The notes under the pieces were generated by a model that saw nothing but the letters and a program-made list of their open reading frames with translations, made no database searches and was not told where the DNA came from. The position numbers and the translations under genes are program-made. A DNA stretch of 64,000 nt from Leptolyngbyaceae cyanobacterium (GTDB lineage Bacteria > Cyanobacteriota > Cyanobacteriia > Phormidesmidales > Phormidesmidaceae): assembly GCA_965263355.1 (NCBI GenBank), contig CBDHHL010000032.1, forward strand, positions 2,752,001 to 2,816,000, given 5' to 3'. Shown piece after piece: positions 38,929 to 49,328 of the stretch (its first letter is position 1; every line of letters begins with the position of its first letter).

Positions 38929-40635
38929 TTAATCAGGTAACCGATCGCTAATTGCCCCACAGACAGCTGAAATTGCCACTGTACGCGGTGAAGCCAAATA
39001 GTTAGACGCCGATGGAGCACCACTGCGACCCTTAAAATTACGGTTGGTGGCATAGATACCCACTTCCTTTTGGCCCAGCACCCCTTGCCCCGCATTAATG
39101 CAAGCACCACAGCCCGACTTTAAAACCTGTGCTCCAGCCTTTTCCAACTGTTCCACATAGCCCAGCTCCTCAGCCTGCCGCCGCACTTCTTGGGACGCTG
39201 GCACCACAAATAAACTAACCGTCGGGGCGATTTGTTGGCCCTTTAGCACAGCTGCTGCCTCAGCTAAATCGTGTAGCTTACCCCCAGTACAAGAGCCAAT
39301 AAAGGCTCGCGTAATCGGTACATGGCCCAGCTGACTGATGGAGACCACCTGATCCGGTTTGGGTGGATTGGCCACCTGCGGTTCCAGGTCAGTCAAGTCA
39401 AACCGATGGCTTTGTTCATAATCAGCATCTGGATCAGAGGTGACCTCATTAAAGGGAATAGACGTGCGAGTCTCTAAATATTGCCGAGTAATGTCATCTA
39501 CGGGAATCAGACCACAGATAGCACCACATTCAATGGCCATATTGGCCAGGGTCATACGTTCGTCCATGGGCAACTGTTCAATCACGGTGCCGCAAAATTC
39601 AATCACGTTTCCCGTGGCTCCATCACACCCGAGCTTACCTAAGAGCAACAACATAATGTCTTTGGCGCTAATGTGAGGCGGCAATATGCCAGCCAGTTCA
39701 ATTTTGATCGTGGCCGGCACCCGAACCCACACATCGCCCATGGCAAAAATGTTAGCCATATCTGTGGTACCAACACCCATGGAAAAACAACCAAATGCAC
39801 CATAGGTACAGCTATGGGAATCCGTGCCCGCAATGACCATACCAGGACGGATAAAGCCCTGTTCCGGCAACAATACATGACAAATACCGGCAGCTTCGCC
39901 CGGAGAGATCACATCAAATAAATGGCAGCCTTGTTGTTGGGCAAAGTCCACCATTTGTTGATGCATCAAAACGGCCCCATTATCCGGTCGGATATCGTTA
40001 ATTTGGATAAAATGATCGGCAACAAAAACAACTTTATCAGGATCCCAAACCGATGCATTATCACCAAAGTGTTGATGGAAAAGTTGACCGACGGGACCTG
40101 CGATCGCATCGTGGGACATCGCTAAATCAACATTAGCAAAGACAACCTCCCCCGGCTGCACATATCGATTGCCTGACGCCTGGGCCAACAACTTTTCAGT
40201 CATCGTCATGGGGCGTTCTCGAGTCAGGCTAGAAAGCGTTGAGATTTCACCCTGACGACGTTTCTGATTGTAGGCGATCAGACCACCCGCCCGAATAATA
40301 TCGTCTACTGCAGCCGTTGGGTGAGACGACTCTATAAACTCAAGGAATAGACCAATATTAATACTGTTACGATAAAAAATTTCAGCAAAGGACTTCGCCT
40401 TAACAGTTTGAATCCCAGCCGCCTTAATCGCAATCGGCGCAAACTCACGACTGGAACCACAACCAAAATTATAGCCTGCCTCAATCATGTCATATTGGCG
40501 CAGTATCCCCGGTCCCAGTAAATGCTCAAACGCATAATAAGCTAGATGCTCCAAGTCATCATTCGTACCCCGCTGTGCAGGAATGATATCATCAGTATTA
40601 ATATCATCCCCTAAATAAAGAATAGAGTTAGGCAT
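38929..40635 (-). CDS. Fused small+large subunit isopropylmalate dehydratase/aconitase-like protein (HphCD-like)
   Basis: N-terminal INTDDIIP/NFGCGSSRE (LeuD-like), then DSHSCTYG, GSCTGG, GCGAC and TNRNF (LeuC-like). Confidence 0.9.
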   Translation of the reverse strand: MPNSILYLGDDINTDDIIPAQRGTNDDLEHLAYYAFEHLLGPGILRQYDMIEAGYNFGCGSSREFAPIAIKAAGIQTVKAKSFAEIFYRNSINIGLFLEFIESSHPTAAVDDIIRAGGLIAYNQKRRQGEISTLSSLTRERPMTMTEKLLAQASGNRYVQPGEVVFANVDLAMSHDAIAGPVGQLFHQHFGDNASVWDPDKVVFVADHFIQINDIRPDNGAVLMHQQMVDFAQQQGCHLFDVISPGEAAGICHVLLPEQGFIRPGMVIAGTDSHSCTYGAFGCFSMGVGTTDMANIFAMGDVWVRVPATIKIELAGILPPHISAKDIMLLLLGKLGCDGATGNVIEFCGTVIEQLPMDERMTLANMAIECGAICGLIPVDDITRQYLETRTSIPFNEVTSDPDADYEQSHRFDLTDLEPQVANPPKPDQVVSISQLGHVPITRAFIGSCTGGKLHDLAEAAAVLKGQQIAPTVSLFVVPASQEVRRQAEELGYVEQLEKAGAQVLKSGCGACINAGQGVLGQKEVGIYATNRNFKGRSGAPSASNYLASPRTVAISAVCGAISDRLPD

Positions 40636-40880
40636 ACCAACTGTAGAGATTAAGGACGTTTCCTAAATTCTTTCACAAAGCAGAAAAATAAGCAGCCTTT
40701 ACTATTAGCTAATAGTTAAACAGGCTGCACGGAAATTCTCTCCCTTTCAGAAAAACTATAGGAAGAACTGTATTGTTTCCGGAAAGGGAACACGGAGGGA
40801 CCCCAAGCAACATCTTTAAACTCTACACCAACCCCCCACTAAAACCTTAATCAGAAATACTCTTTACTTGTTAGCACCAC

Positions 40881-41324
40881 TCACAGACAAGGTCGAATCT
40901 TATGCAATTCCAATAAATCATCATTGGCTTGACTAAGCAACCGCGTGCGAGAACACTGATTAGTTCGCAAACTTCCCCCACGCTCTTGCCCATAAACCAA
41001 ATATGACTGCCCCACATCAAACATATAACCACAAGCAGCCATTGAAATCGGCGTTTGCACAACCACTGTATTCTCCAGATCACCTTTCCATATCTCGTCG
41101 ATGGCAAAAGTAACATTAAGTCTACCTTCACTGGTCTCTATCCCAGTCACCTCACCAGCAAAAACAACACTGGCCTCCATCAAAGCCTGCTCTGGAGGAA
41201 ATGGTGGTGCACAAGAGCATGAATAGGCCGGTTGGTTTGCCAGCACAATCAGACCTGTAGTCAATGTCAATCCGATTAGCAGAAAGAATTTGGCAGTTTT
41301 AGCGGGTATGAACTTGAGCATCAT
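40881..41324 (-). CDS. Secreted TIMP-like (NTR-fold) protein
   Basis: Signal peptide ending AYS followed by CSCAPP; VVFAGEV, TPISMAACGY, YLVYG and QCSR match the N-TIMP pattern. Confidence 0.75.
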   Translation of the reverse strand: MMLKFIPAKTAKFFLLIGLTLTTGLIVLANQPAYSCSCAPPFPPEQALMEASVVFAGEVTGIETSEGRLNVTFAIDEIWKGDLENTVVVQTPISMAACGYMFDVGQSYLVYGQERGGSLRTNQCSRTRLLSQANDDLLELHKIRPCL

Positions 41325-41398
41325 GATTGAAATAGCCTTCTCTCATCACCCATGATAACGGTTGCAAGAGAAGGACTAGAACCGATTTGACATAGACC

Positions 41399-43132
41399 TT
41401 ATGCGTAAACAAAGTCTGCAGACGCAAACACATTAGTGGTGTCTTGCACTACTGCAATCACATCATCCTGGAAGGATATTACGGTATCAGTTGCACTGGT
41501 ACCAGCCCCTAGGCCAGTCCATTGTGTCACTTCTAAAGAATAATCGCTCAGCGTACCACTATCATAAACCTGGAATTTATCACCTTCTGCCCAATAGAAG
41601 TCAGTGATAATGGCATATCCAGCATCACCATCACCAGTGTAGTAGGCTCCTAAAGAATTTCCTAAAACAAACGTATCAGCACCGTCATTGGTGTCTTCAT
41701 CACCAGGTTGTGAGTAACCAAACTCTCCCGTTAAAGTATCAATCTCTCCTAAGGTACCGCCATAACCATTCAAGAAATCATCGCCACTTTCACCGATTAA
41801 TCTGTCTGACCCTGCCCCACCCAGGAGCGTATCATTGCCAGTCCAGCCAAGCAACGTATCCTCACCATTACCGCCAGACATCAAATCATCGCCAGTCCAG
41901 CCATCGATAAAATCGTTGCCTGATTCTCCATACAATGAATCATTCCCAGCACCACCATCGATAAAGTCGTTACCAAAATAGCCCAAGATAGTATCATCAC
42001 CATCTTTACCATAAAGGTCATCATCCCCAGACCAACCGTCGATGAGGTTGTTCGCAGCATTACCCGTAATCACATCATCACCAGCACCACCAATGGCATT
42101 TTCAATCACTACACCATTAGCAATGGTAAAGCCACCATAAATCCCTTCCACTGACGAGAGATAACCACCCGCATTCGGGCCAACGAGTGGAGCCTCATTC
42201 AGATTAATCGTAGCATCTCCCGTAGTGCTGTAGCCAACAGTGATAGTATCGACACCGCCTGCATCCCAGATACTGGAATAGAAAGTACCACTGGCATTAA
42301 CAGTTGGTAGCTCGTAGGTATCATTGCCGGTGTTGTAACTCATGTTAGCACCGTAAAGGGCCTGAATCGCTGCGATGTCAAGCGCCATAGGTGTGCCTTG
42401 ATAACCATAGCTGCTACCAACGGGCAAACCATCTGCAACGTTCCCATCGTTGTAGGTCATGGTTGTCCACAGACCCTGATTAAGTCCAAAATCGCCTGTA
42501 TCCCAGGGACTAGATACTCCTGGAAAAACAGAAGAGCCACCGCCTGCGTCATGGGGATGGGCAAGACCTAATCCATGGCCAATTTCATGGATCATCGTGA
42601 TAAAACCAAAGCCACCCTGCTGCAAGCCAGCAAAGTTCCAACCAAGACCTTGCCAGTTGAAATAGCCGATACCCATCCCTAAAGTGCCAGGAGGTTTCAT
42701 CATACCCAAGGCACCCAGCTGATTATCTGTAAGATACAGACCTAACGTGGCCTCTGCATCATTATCTGTAGACTCCACAAAGGTAATATTGGCGACGTTA
42801 CTCCAGGTTTCAAGCGCAGCTTCCATAGCTGCTTTTTCATAGTCAAACCAGTCATACGCTGTCGTTGCGTAGTTGCCATAGAAATCATCAAATGACTCTG
42901 ATCCATTTCCCCAAAAGGAATATTCGATCACGCCATCAGCCCCAACATCCCATTTATTACCGCCCCACAAAATGCTGTCGACATAGGTGTTACCGGTAAT
43001 CGGTGCATTGGTAGCAGGTAGAATTTTAGCTTCGCTGTTTTCAAGTACGCTACTTACTAGATCCTGATCGAGAAGACCATGTTTACAGCCAGAACCGCAA
43101 CCAGGGCCGCAAATGTGGTGATTATGAGGCAT
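41399..43132 (-). CDS. M10 (serralysin/matrixin-like) metalloprotease with RTX repeats
   Basis: HEIGHGLGLAH, Met-turn TMTY, PMALDIAAIQALYG, IENAIGG and GGxGxD repeats. Confidence 0.93.
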   Translation of the reverse strand: MPHNHHICGPGCGSGCKHGLLDQDLVSSVLENSEAKILPATNAPITGNTYVDSILWGGNKWDVGADGVIEYSFWGNGSESFDDFYGNYATTAYDWFDYEKAAMEAALETWSNVANITFVESTDNDAEATLGLYLTDNQLGALGMMKPPGTLGMGIGYFNWQGLGWNFAGLQQGGFGFITMIHEIGHGLGLAHPHDAGGGSSVFPGVSSPWDTGDFGLNQGLWTTMTYNDGNVADGLPVGSSYGYQGTPMALDIAAIQALYGANMSYNTGNDTYELPTVNASGTFYSSIWDAGGVDTITVGYSTTGDATINLNEAPLVGPNAGGYLSSVEGIYGGFTIANGVVIENAIGGAGDDVITGNAANNLIDGWSGDDDLYGKDGDDTILGYFGNDFIDGGAGNDSLYGESGNDFIDGWTGDDLMSGGNGEDTLLGWTGNDTLLGGAGSDRLIGESGDDFLNGYGGTLGEIDTLTGEFGYSQPGDEDTNDGADTFVLGNSLGAYYTGDGDAGYAIITDFYWAEGDKFQVYDSGTLSDYSLEVTQWTGLGAGTSATDTVISFQDDVIAVVQDTTNVFASADFVYA

Positions 43133-43539
43133 GACTTTTTAGCTCTCGTTAAATGCGTTGTTGATTATTTGGGCAAACTGATACTCACCCCTGATTGACT
43201 CCAGAGTAAGAAATATCTGTTGTAAAAACCTTGGTTCTTTGTGTCTGATTACCAACAGCTTTTGGAGAACGATCTTTCCGAAAAGTGCAATCTACATTTG
43301 AGCAGACATGACAGCCCCTAAAACTACCCGAGTGGGTACCTGCAATATCTCAATTCAAAGCCTACAATGGCTCGCCATGGGATCCACTAAGATTGGGTAT
43401 ACAAATTACAATGGAAGTGCTGGAGTTAGCAGATGGAGAGGGTAATGGCTAAGACTGCACTAAAGCTATGCCCCAAGGAATGGAAACACTGAATGGAAAC
43501 ACTACTCGACCACGCCTTACACCAGAGCCCGATGTAAGG

Positions 43540-43880
43540 ACGCATGGCAAAAGCAATTGACAGTAGCTGTCCATCTGATAGGAATTGGCACCAATTCCTA
43601 CTTGAGCAAATGGCAGCTGAGATTCCAGGAAAACGACCTGCTGTTAATGCCTCTTGCGTAGAACAGTAGCTGTCCATCTGATAGGAATTGGCACCAATTC
43701 CTACGCAAATGGCAGCTGAGATTCCAGGAAAACGACCTGCTGTTATAGAGCAGAGTATTAATGCTCTAAGCCTCTTGCGTAGAACGCGATATGTCACACG
43801 TCATATATACCCATTCAAAGTAGATGATTCGCGTATACAACAAGCTATTCAACAAATTAGATACTTGTTTAAGTTGTTTT
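43540..43880 (+). pseudogene. HepT-like HEPN toxin remnant with internal duplication
   Basis: P..RNWHQFLLEQMAAEIPGKRPAVI...RRTRYVTRHIY; ~85-bp repeat at 43561-43646 and 43664-43746. Confidence 0.6.
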
Positions 43881-44540
43881 CTAGCCCAAACGCCAGCGTT
43901 GGGCGTATTTCCGTAAGTAGGTGCCGATGGCCTGCACCGACAAGAAAAGATGAGTAAACGTTGGTAGCATTGCAGAAATGCCAACAACAATACCAAAGTA
44001 AATATTCTTCAGATTGCGCTTATTAGTGGGATCAGTAACTGCTGCCATCACCCGCGATTCATACACTTCAGCGCGCGTTGTCAAGGATTCTGGTGAGTGT
44101 TGAACGAAACTAATTAACCAGCCCGAGAACGAAAAGACAAATAAAACCCACCATGTGGCAACAATGGCAATCACAATATCCACACTCAGGTGAGCGATAT
44201 AACTAGCCAGCGATGTTGTTTTTAATGCCCGCTTCGCAATCCAGACGGTGATAAAAAATGACAGGCTGTCGAATAATGCGCCTAAAATGCCTACAGGAAA
44301 CTGGAGCAGAAAATAATGCATGCGTTCATCACCAAACGCCTCTTCCGGATAAGCCGTCAACAACGCTAGCCAGTAGCAGCTCATGTTCAACAGCGTGAAA
44401 AATATAAAGAGCTTAGGAAAAAACGAGACTAAGCTACCGCGATGCGTTTCATAGTAATTTAATAACCGCGCTAAGGATCGCTTCCAAATAGCCATAATCG
44501 GGCGTACGCGCAGTTTACGTAAAGCGGTAGGAATTTTCAT
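43881..44540 (-). CDS. Hypothetical membrane protein (~4 TM)
   Basis: 219-aa ORF with hydrophobic segments. Confidence 0.7.
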   Translation of the reverse strand: MKIPTALRKLRVRPIMAIWKRSLARLLNYYETHRGSLVSFFPKLFIFFTLLNMSCYWLALLTAYPEEAFGDERMHYFLLQFPVGILGALFDSLSFFITVWIAKRALKTTSLASYIAHLSVDIVIAIVATWWVLFVFSFSGWLISFVQHSPESLTTRAEVYESRVMAAVTDPTNKRNLKNIYFGIVVGISAMLPTFTHLFLSVQAIGTYLRKYAQRWRLG

Positions 44541-44748
44541 AATATGAGCTTAATTAGTCGACGAGTGAAGTCGTTTTTGATTTTTAGTTATTTTGCTTAA
44601 CATAACTGAAAAATTTTCAAACGTGTACCGTACTCTTTCTGGAAACTCGGTATTTATACATAGTGACGTACGCAAATATGAGTTGAGCGAGATCGCACCT
44701 CCCACACATGCGTAAAGAAAATCCATGATAAAAATCACAGTGAGATGT

Positions 44749-45456
44749 TTAAATCTCATTCGGGTCCACGCCCAATTCTCGAAGCTTGGCCACAAGTTGC
44801 TGATTTCGTTGCCGTTCTGCTTTAGCTGATTCCTCAGGCGTTGGGACTATCTGCCCATCAGCATCAAAGAAGCGTAGCTGCTCTTGATAAACGCCTAGAT
44901 ACAATCCTAACTGTTGACTCCAGCGCCACCCCTCTGCAGTGGGTTCAATCGGCTGGTAGGTGCCATCCACCAGATGAAAGCCTTCAAACTCAAAGCTATG
45001 GGGATCAAACCAGAAATAGTCTGGAGTACGGAAAATAGTCTGATAAATTTCTTTCTTCAAACCCCGATCCGTTTTTGCTGTAGAGTCTGACAGCAATTCC
45101 ACAATCACATTGGGATATTTACCATCTTCCTCCCACACAGTCCAACTCTTGCGGGGACGTTTTTCTGTCCCCAACACCACAAAAAAATCCGGCCCACGAA
45201 AATCTTCTGACTTTAACTTACGAGCACTGTAGTAGACCGTCAGGTTACCGGCAGCAAAGTAATCTTGACGGTCTTGCCACAACCAGTCTAAGCACTTCAT
45301 TAGAAGAAAAAGTTGTTGCAAATGCTGATAACTTTCCAATGGAGGTTCATCACTGTATAGGCCACAGGGAGGCAAGACAACTTCGTCAGCGCTACTTGAC
45401 TGCGTTGGTGAAACTTCCGTAGTTGAAGCGGACATAGGCAAAGTCGTCCAATACAC
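44749..45456 (-). CDS. Uma2-family endonuclease
   Basis: SDEPPLES, GPDFFVV, PNVIVELLS and YFWFDP motifs. Confidence 0.9.
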   Translation of the reverse strand: MYWTTLPMSASTTEVSPTQSSSADEVVLPPCGLYSDEPPLESYQHLQQLFLLMKCLDWLWQDRQDYFAAGNLTVYYSARKLKSEDFRGPDFFVVLGTEKRPRKSWTVWEEDGKYPNVIVELLSDSTAKTDRGLKKEIYQTIFRTPDYFWFDPHSFEFEGFHLVDGTYQPIEPTAEGWRWSQQLGLYLGVYQEQLRFFDADGQIVPTPEESAKAERQRNQQLVAKLRELGVDPNEI

Positions 45457-45479
45457 TAGTATTAGTGTAGCAATTTTTT

Positions 45480-48400
45480 CTACAGTGGTTGCCAGTTACC
45501 AGTGAGAATAAATGCTGCCCAATAGTAAGGATGACTGTAGGGTCCTTCCGAGGCAATCATCTCTAGCTGCACGTTGCGTAGCGCCTCACTACGACCTTGG
45601 CCAGCCGTCAGCTTTTCATAGTAGCGGCTCATCAGGCTCTGGGTACCGTAATCACTCACCGGCCATAGACTCATCAACTGAGCCTCAGCACCGGCCAGAG
45701 CAAAGGCTCGCCGCAGTCCATACACCCCCTCCCCGTTGGCAATATCCCCCAGGCCTGTCTCACAGGCAGACAGTACCACCAGCTGAGTGCCTAAAAGATT
45801 GAGCTGTGACGCTTCTAAGGCCGTAAAAACACCATCTTCGCGACCGCTACTACGAGGATTGAATCCTGCCAGAGCTAGGCCGGAGCGCAGCAGAGGATTT
45901 TCTACAGGCGCACTGCTGGAGAATTGAGTGGTGAAGACATTAAAACTCAGTTCAAAGGTCTCTACCTGAGGGGCCAGATAGTTTAAAGCAGGTAAGAAAA
46001 AGCTATGGGTCGCAATGTGCAGAATGCGGGGACTTTTGACTTGCTTTAGGCTATTTTCGGTAGCGTTAGTCCCAGTAAACATTTCAGCATCTGGGAGGAG
46101 GGCTGCGATCGCATCGGCTTCTGCGGCAGTTCCTGGTAACGGATCTACTCTCAGCTTGCTTAATTCAATCGAGTAATGATTATTGCCAAAATCACGATTT
46201 TCCTCTTGATCCTGCTGAGAACTCATAGATTCCTGTACTAGCTGCTCCCGTGCCTCAGCTATTTCATAATCAGGATTTGCCACAATTACAGATGGATTAA
46301 GACTGGACTCAACAACATTAAACCGAAGCAAATCACGTCCAGAATTGAGATAGCTAATTTGGTATTTCTGCACCAGATAGTCTCCCCCCGCCTCAGATTG
46401 AAGGGCCTCAAAGGGCAAACGGTTGAGCTGACCATCGGGAGAAATAAGCAGATGCTCTACACCTTGCAGATAGGAAGCCATAGGCTCGAACACTAGTTTG
46501 TGAATCGATTGAGTGGTCTTTACAACAATTTCGGACCCTACAGTTGGGAGGTTATTAGCTTGTTGTAGATTTTCATGAGTGTTCCGTAGGAATCGTGTAA
46601 ATGCCCATACGGCTGTATCAATGTCAGCTGCAGCACCCAAATCTACCGCTTCAATGCGTTTATCGGAGAATAGCAGATAAGCTGCATACCGAGGCTCCCC
46701 CATTTTCTCGGTCTCTGGATAGGAAGGCGTGTAAAGTACATACTCCAACAAAACACTATTATCTGGCAGACTAGCAACAACCGCGTCCCAATCAACCCGC
46801 TGGGTGTCGGCACAAAAAATAGCGTTATGACGAGCGAGTGCTGACTCTACCTGGGTGGCTTCCGCTGTTAGCTGATGTAGCTGTGTTCGATACTGATTTG
46901 ATGAGAAATGGTTGGGTGGATTAAACATCAACGCCGACAACTGTCGGCGGATTTGATTTAGCTGAGCTAGCAGTGCCTGAGCTTCTGGATTTAGGTTGTT
47001 TAGTAAACGCTGTTGGTTACCACTCAACATATCGAGGATAAACCCTTTACGTTGCAAAACTGTATTCAATGCGGTGCGTCTGGCTCGTTCATCTTGTGGC
47101 AGATGTTGAAGATTGAGTGAGATAATACTATCGTCCGTTCCTGCCATGGATTGAAGATAAGCTTGCTGTGTCTCCTCAGGTTGGCTGGCTAGGTTATAGC
47201 GAAGATACTCATCCAGAATCTGGAGACTTTGTTCCTCATAGTCAAGGGCCTGATAGTAATCGCCTTGAACCTTATATAAAAAAGCCAGATTGAACAAAGA
47301 CTGGGCATTGTTTATCGTTATTGAATTGTCATGAATCGCAATTGCTCGTTTGTAAAGGTTTTCGGCTTCTGGATATCGACGCATTGAACGATAGAGCAAG
47401 GCTAGGTTGTTAAGGCTTATGGCAGTGGAGGGGTGCTTCGAGCCTAATTTTTCTTCTAAAATATCTAGTGCACGAGTTAAAACATGTTCTGCATCTTGAT
47501 AACGCTTTGTCTCACGATACATCACCCCTAGGCTGTTCAGACTGGTGGCCGTAGATGGATGATTTGCGCCTAACTGTTCTTCTTTTAACTTCAAAACTTT
47601 GCTATAAAGAGATTCAGCTTGCTCATATTGCTGCGTTTCAACATACAGTGAGCCTAAATTATTCAGCGTCTTGACATCTTCTCGAATATTGAGAGCCTTT
47701 AAGTAAAGGGATTCGGCTTTTTTGTATTGACCTGTGGCTGAATAAATCAGCGCCAGGTTATTTAGACTGATCGCAATGTCTGGGTGATGAGGCTGGAATC
47801 TCGTTTCTCGGATTTCTAATGCTCTGATTAGTGAGTCTTCAGCTTCAGTAGAACGCCCCATGTCTTTATAAAGTAAACCAAGATTGCTCAGGCTAGTGGC
47901 AATACCAGGATGGTCCCCCTCCAACACCTGTTTTTGCATTGAGAGCACTTGCTTGTGGAGACGTTCTGACTCTTCGTACCGTCCCGTGACTTGATGTAGG
48001 TGAGCTAAGGAGGCAAGGCTGGTCAGCGTGTTAGGATGATCCTCTCCTAATATCTGCCGGTGGATATCGAGTGCTTGAGAGAACAGGTCATGGGCGTCTT
48101 CATAACGCCCCATTGCATCATAGACCTGGCCAAGATTTCGCAGACTTGTAGCAGTATCAGAATTAAAGTCTCCAAAGGCTGCTTTTTGACTTGCCACAAC
48201 TTGCAGAAATATTGCCTCCGCTTCTTGGTAGCGCTCCATTTTTTGATACAGAGAGGCTAAATTATTGAGGGCAATCACTGTATTAGGATGATTGTTGCCT
48301 AAACGCTGCTCAAGAATTTTCAGAGAACGCTGATTTAACGATAGGGCTTTTTCATAGCGCCCCATCAAATTGTACAAGCTGGCCAAATTATCCAAGCTAA

Positions 48401-49259
48401 TGGCTGTCTCAGGGTGATCTTCACCTAATTGTTCTACTTGAGCTGTTAAAACTCCGTAGTATGCACGCTTGGCTTGATCGTAACGTCCTGTCTCCTGGTA
48501 TAGACTAGCCAGATTACTCAGGCTGAGTAAGGTATGGAAATTATCAGCCCCTAATTGCTGTTCAAAAATGAGTAATGCTTTTTCATTGAAAGCCAGGGCC
48601 TGCTCATAGTTCCCTTTCATCTGATAAAGCAGTGCCAGATTATCAATGGTAATAGCTGTATCAGGATGATCAGTGCCCAGCTGCTGCTCCTGAATACTCA
48701 AGGCCTGTTGATAAACAAGCTCAGCCTTATCATAGGCTCCCATGCGCCGATGGAGCAGTCCCAGGGTATTCAAAATTTGGGCTACCTCTAGGTGGTTTTC
48801 ACCCAATTCAGCCTCACGGATGACAAGTAATCGTTGATAAAGGGATTTTGACTTAGTGTACTTACCAGCTTCTAAATAAACGCTCGCCAAGCTCTTAAGG
48901 GTGTCAATCGTTTCAGCATGATCACTACCGAGTTGTTCCTCTCTGATGGAGAAGGCTTGCTGATACAACGTCTCTGCTTTGTCAAAATTTCCCGATGCCT
49001 GATGTAGTCGACCTAACTTATTCAGACTGAACGCAGTGTAGCGATGTTGAGGGCCATACTGTGCTTGGTCGATGGCCAGAGCTTCCTCGGCCAGGGGAAT
49101 CGCTTCATCATAGCGTTCTGCTTGATAAAGTTCAGACACTCTCTCATATAGATACTTCACTCGCTGCAATGGATCTGCTGACTCTAGAGAAAGCTCTGAA
49201 TTGAAGCTCGGCATTGTCTGACTTCCTTGGCAAGCATCGGCTAGGAAATATGTCTCCAC
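45480..49259 (-). CDS. TPR-repeat CHAT-domain protein
   Basis: Many SLNNLA.LY TPRs; LHIATH, VVLSACETG and HPYYWAAF motifs. Confidence 0.92.
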   Translation of the reverse strand: METYFLADACQGSQTMPSFNSELSLESADPLQRVKYLYERVSELYQAERYDEAIPLAEEALAIDQAQYGPQHRYTAFSLNKLGRLHQASGNFDKAETLYQQAFSIREEQLGSDHAETIDTLKSLASVYLEAGKYTKSKSLYQRLLVIREAELGENHLEVAQILNTLGLLHRRMGAYDKAELVYQQALSIQEQQLGTDHPDTAITIDNLALLYQMKGNYEQALAFNEKALLIFEQQLGADNFHTLLSLSNLASLYQETGRYDQAKRAYYGVLTAQVEQLGEDHPETAISLDNLASLYNLMGRYEKALSLNQRSLKILEQRLGNNHPNTVIALNNLASLYQKMERYQEAEAIFLQVVASQKAAFGDFNSDTATSLRNLGQVYDAMGRYEDAHDLFSQALDIHRQILGEDHPNTLTSLASLAHLHQVTGRYEESERLHKQVLSMQKQVLEGDHPGIATSLSNLGLLYKDMGRSTEAEDSLIRALEIRETRFQPHHPDIAISLNNLALIYSATGQYKKAESLYLKALNIREDVKTLNNLGSLYVETQQYEQAESLYSKVLKLKEEQLGANHPSTATSLNSLGVMYRETKRYQDAEHVLTRALDILEEKLGSKHPSTAISLNNLALLYRSMRRYPEAENLYKRAIAIHDNSITINNAQSLFNLAFLYKVQGDYYQALDYEEQSLQILDEYLRYNLASQPEETQQAYLQSMAGTDDSIISLNLQHLPQDERARRTALNTVLQRKGFILDMLSGNQQRLLNNLNPEAQALLAQLNQIRRQLSALMFNPPNHFSSNQYRTQLHQLTAEATQVESALARHNAIFCADTQRVDWDAVVASLPDNSVLLEYVLYTPSYPETEKMGEPRYAAYLLFSDKRIEAVDLGAAADIDTAVWAFTRFLRNTHENLQQANNLPTVGSEIVVKTTQSIHKLVFEPMASYLQGVEHLLISPDGQLNRLPFEALQSEAGGDYLVQKYQISYLNSGRDLLRFNVVESSLNPSVIVANPDYEIAEAREQLVQESMSSQQDQEENRDFGNNHYSIELSKLRVDPLPGTAAEADAIAALLPDAEMFTGTNATENSLKQVKSPRILHIATHSFFLPALNYLAPQVETFELSFNVFTTQFSSSAPVENPLLRSGLALAGFNPRSSGREDGVFTALEASQLNLLGTQLVVLSACETGLGDIANGEGVYGLRRAFALAGAEAQLMSLWPVSDYGTQSLMSRYYEKLTAGQGRSEALRNVQLEMIASEGPYSHPYYWAAFILTGNWQPL

Positions 49260-49328
49260 AGGTCAAGGAGTTATTCAAGTCAGGAGCATTTATCTGCCGT
49301 AGCCTCACCGTCTCAAGAGCCCAGTATT

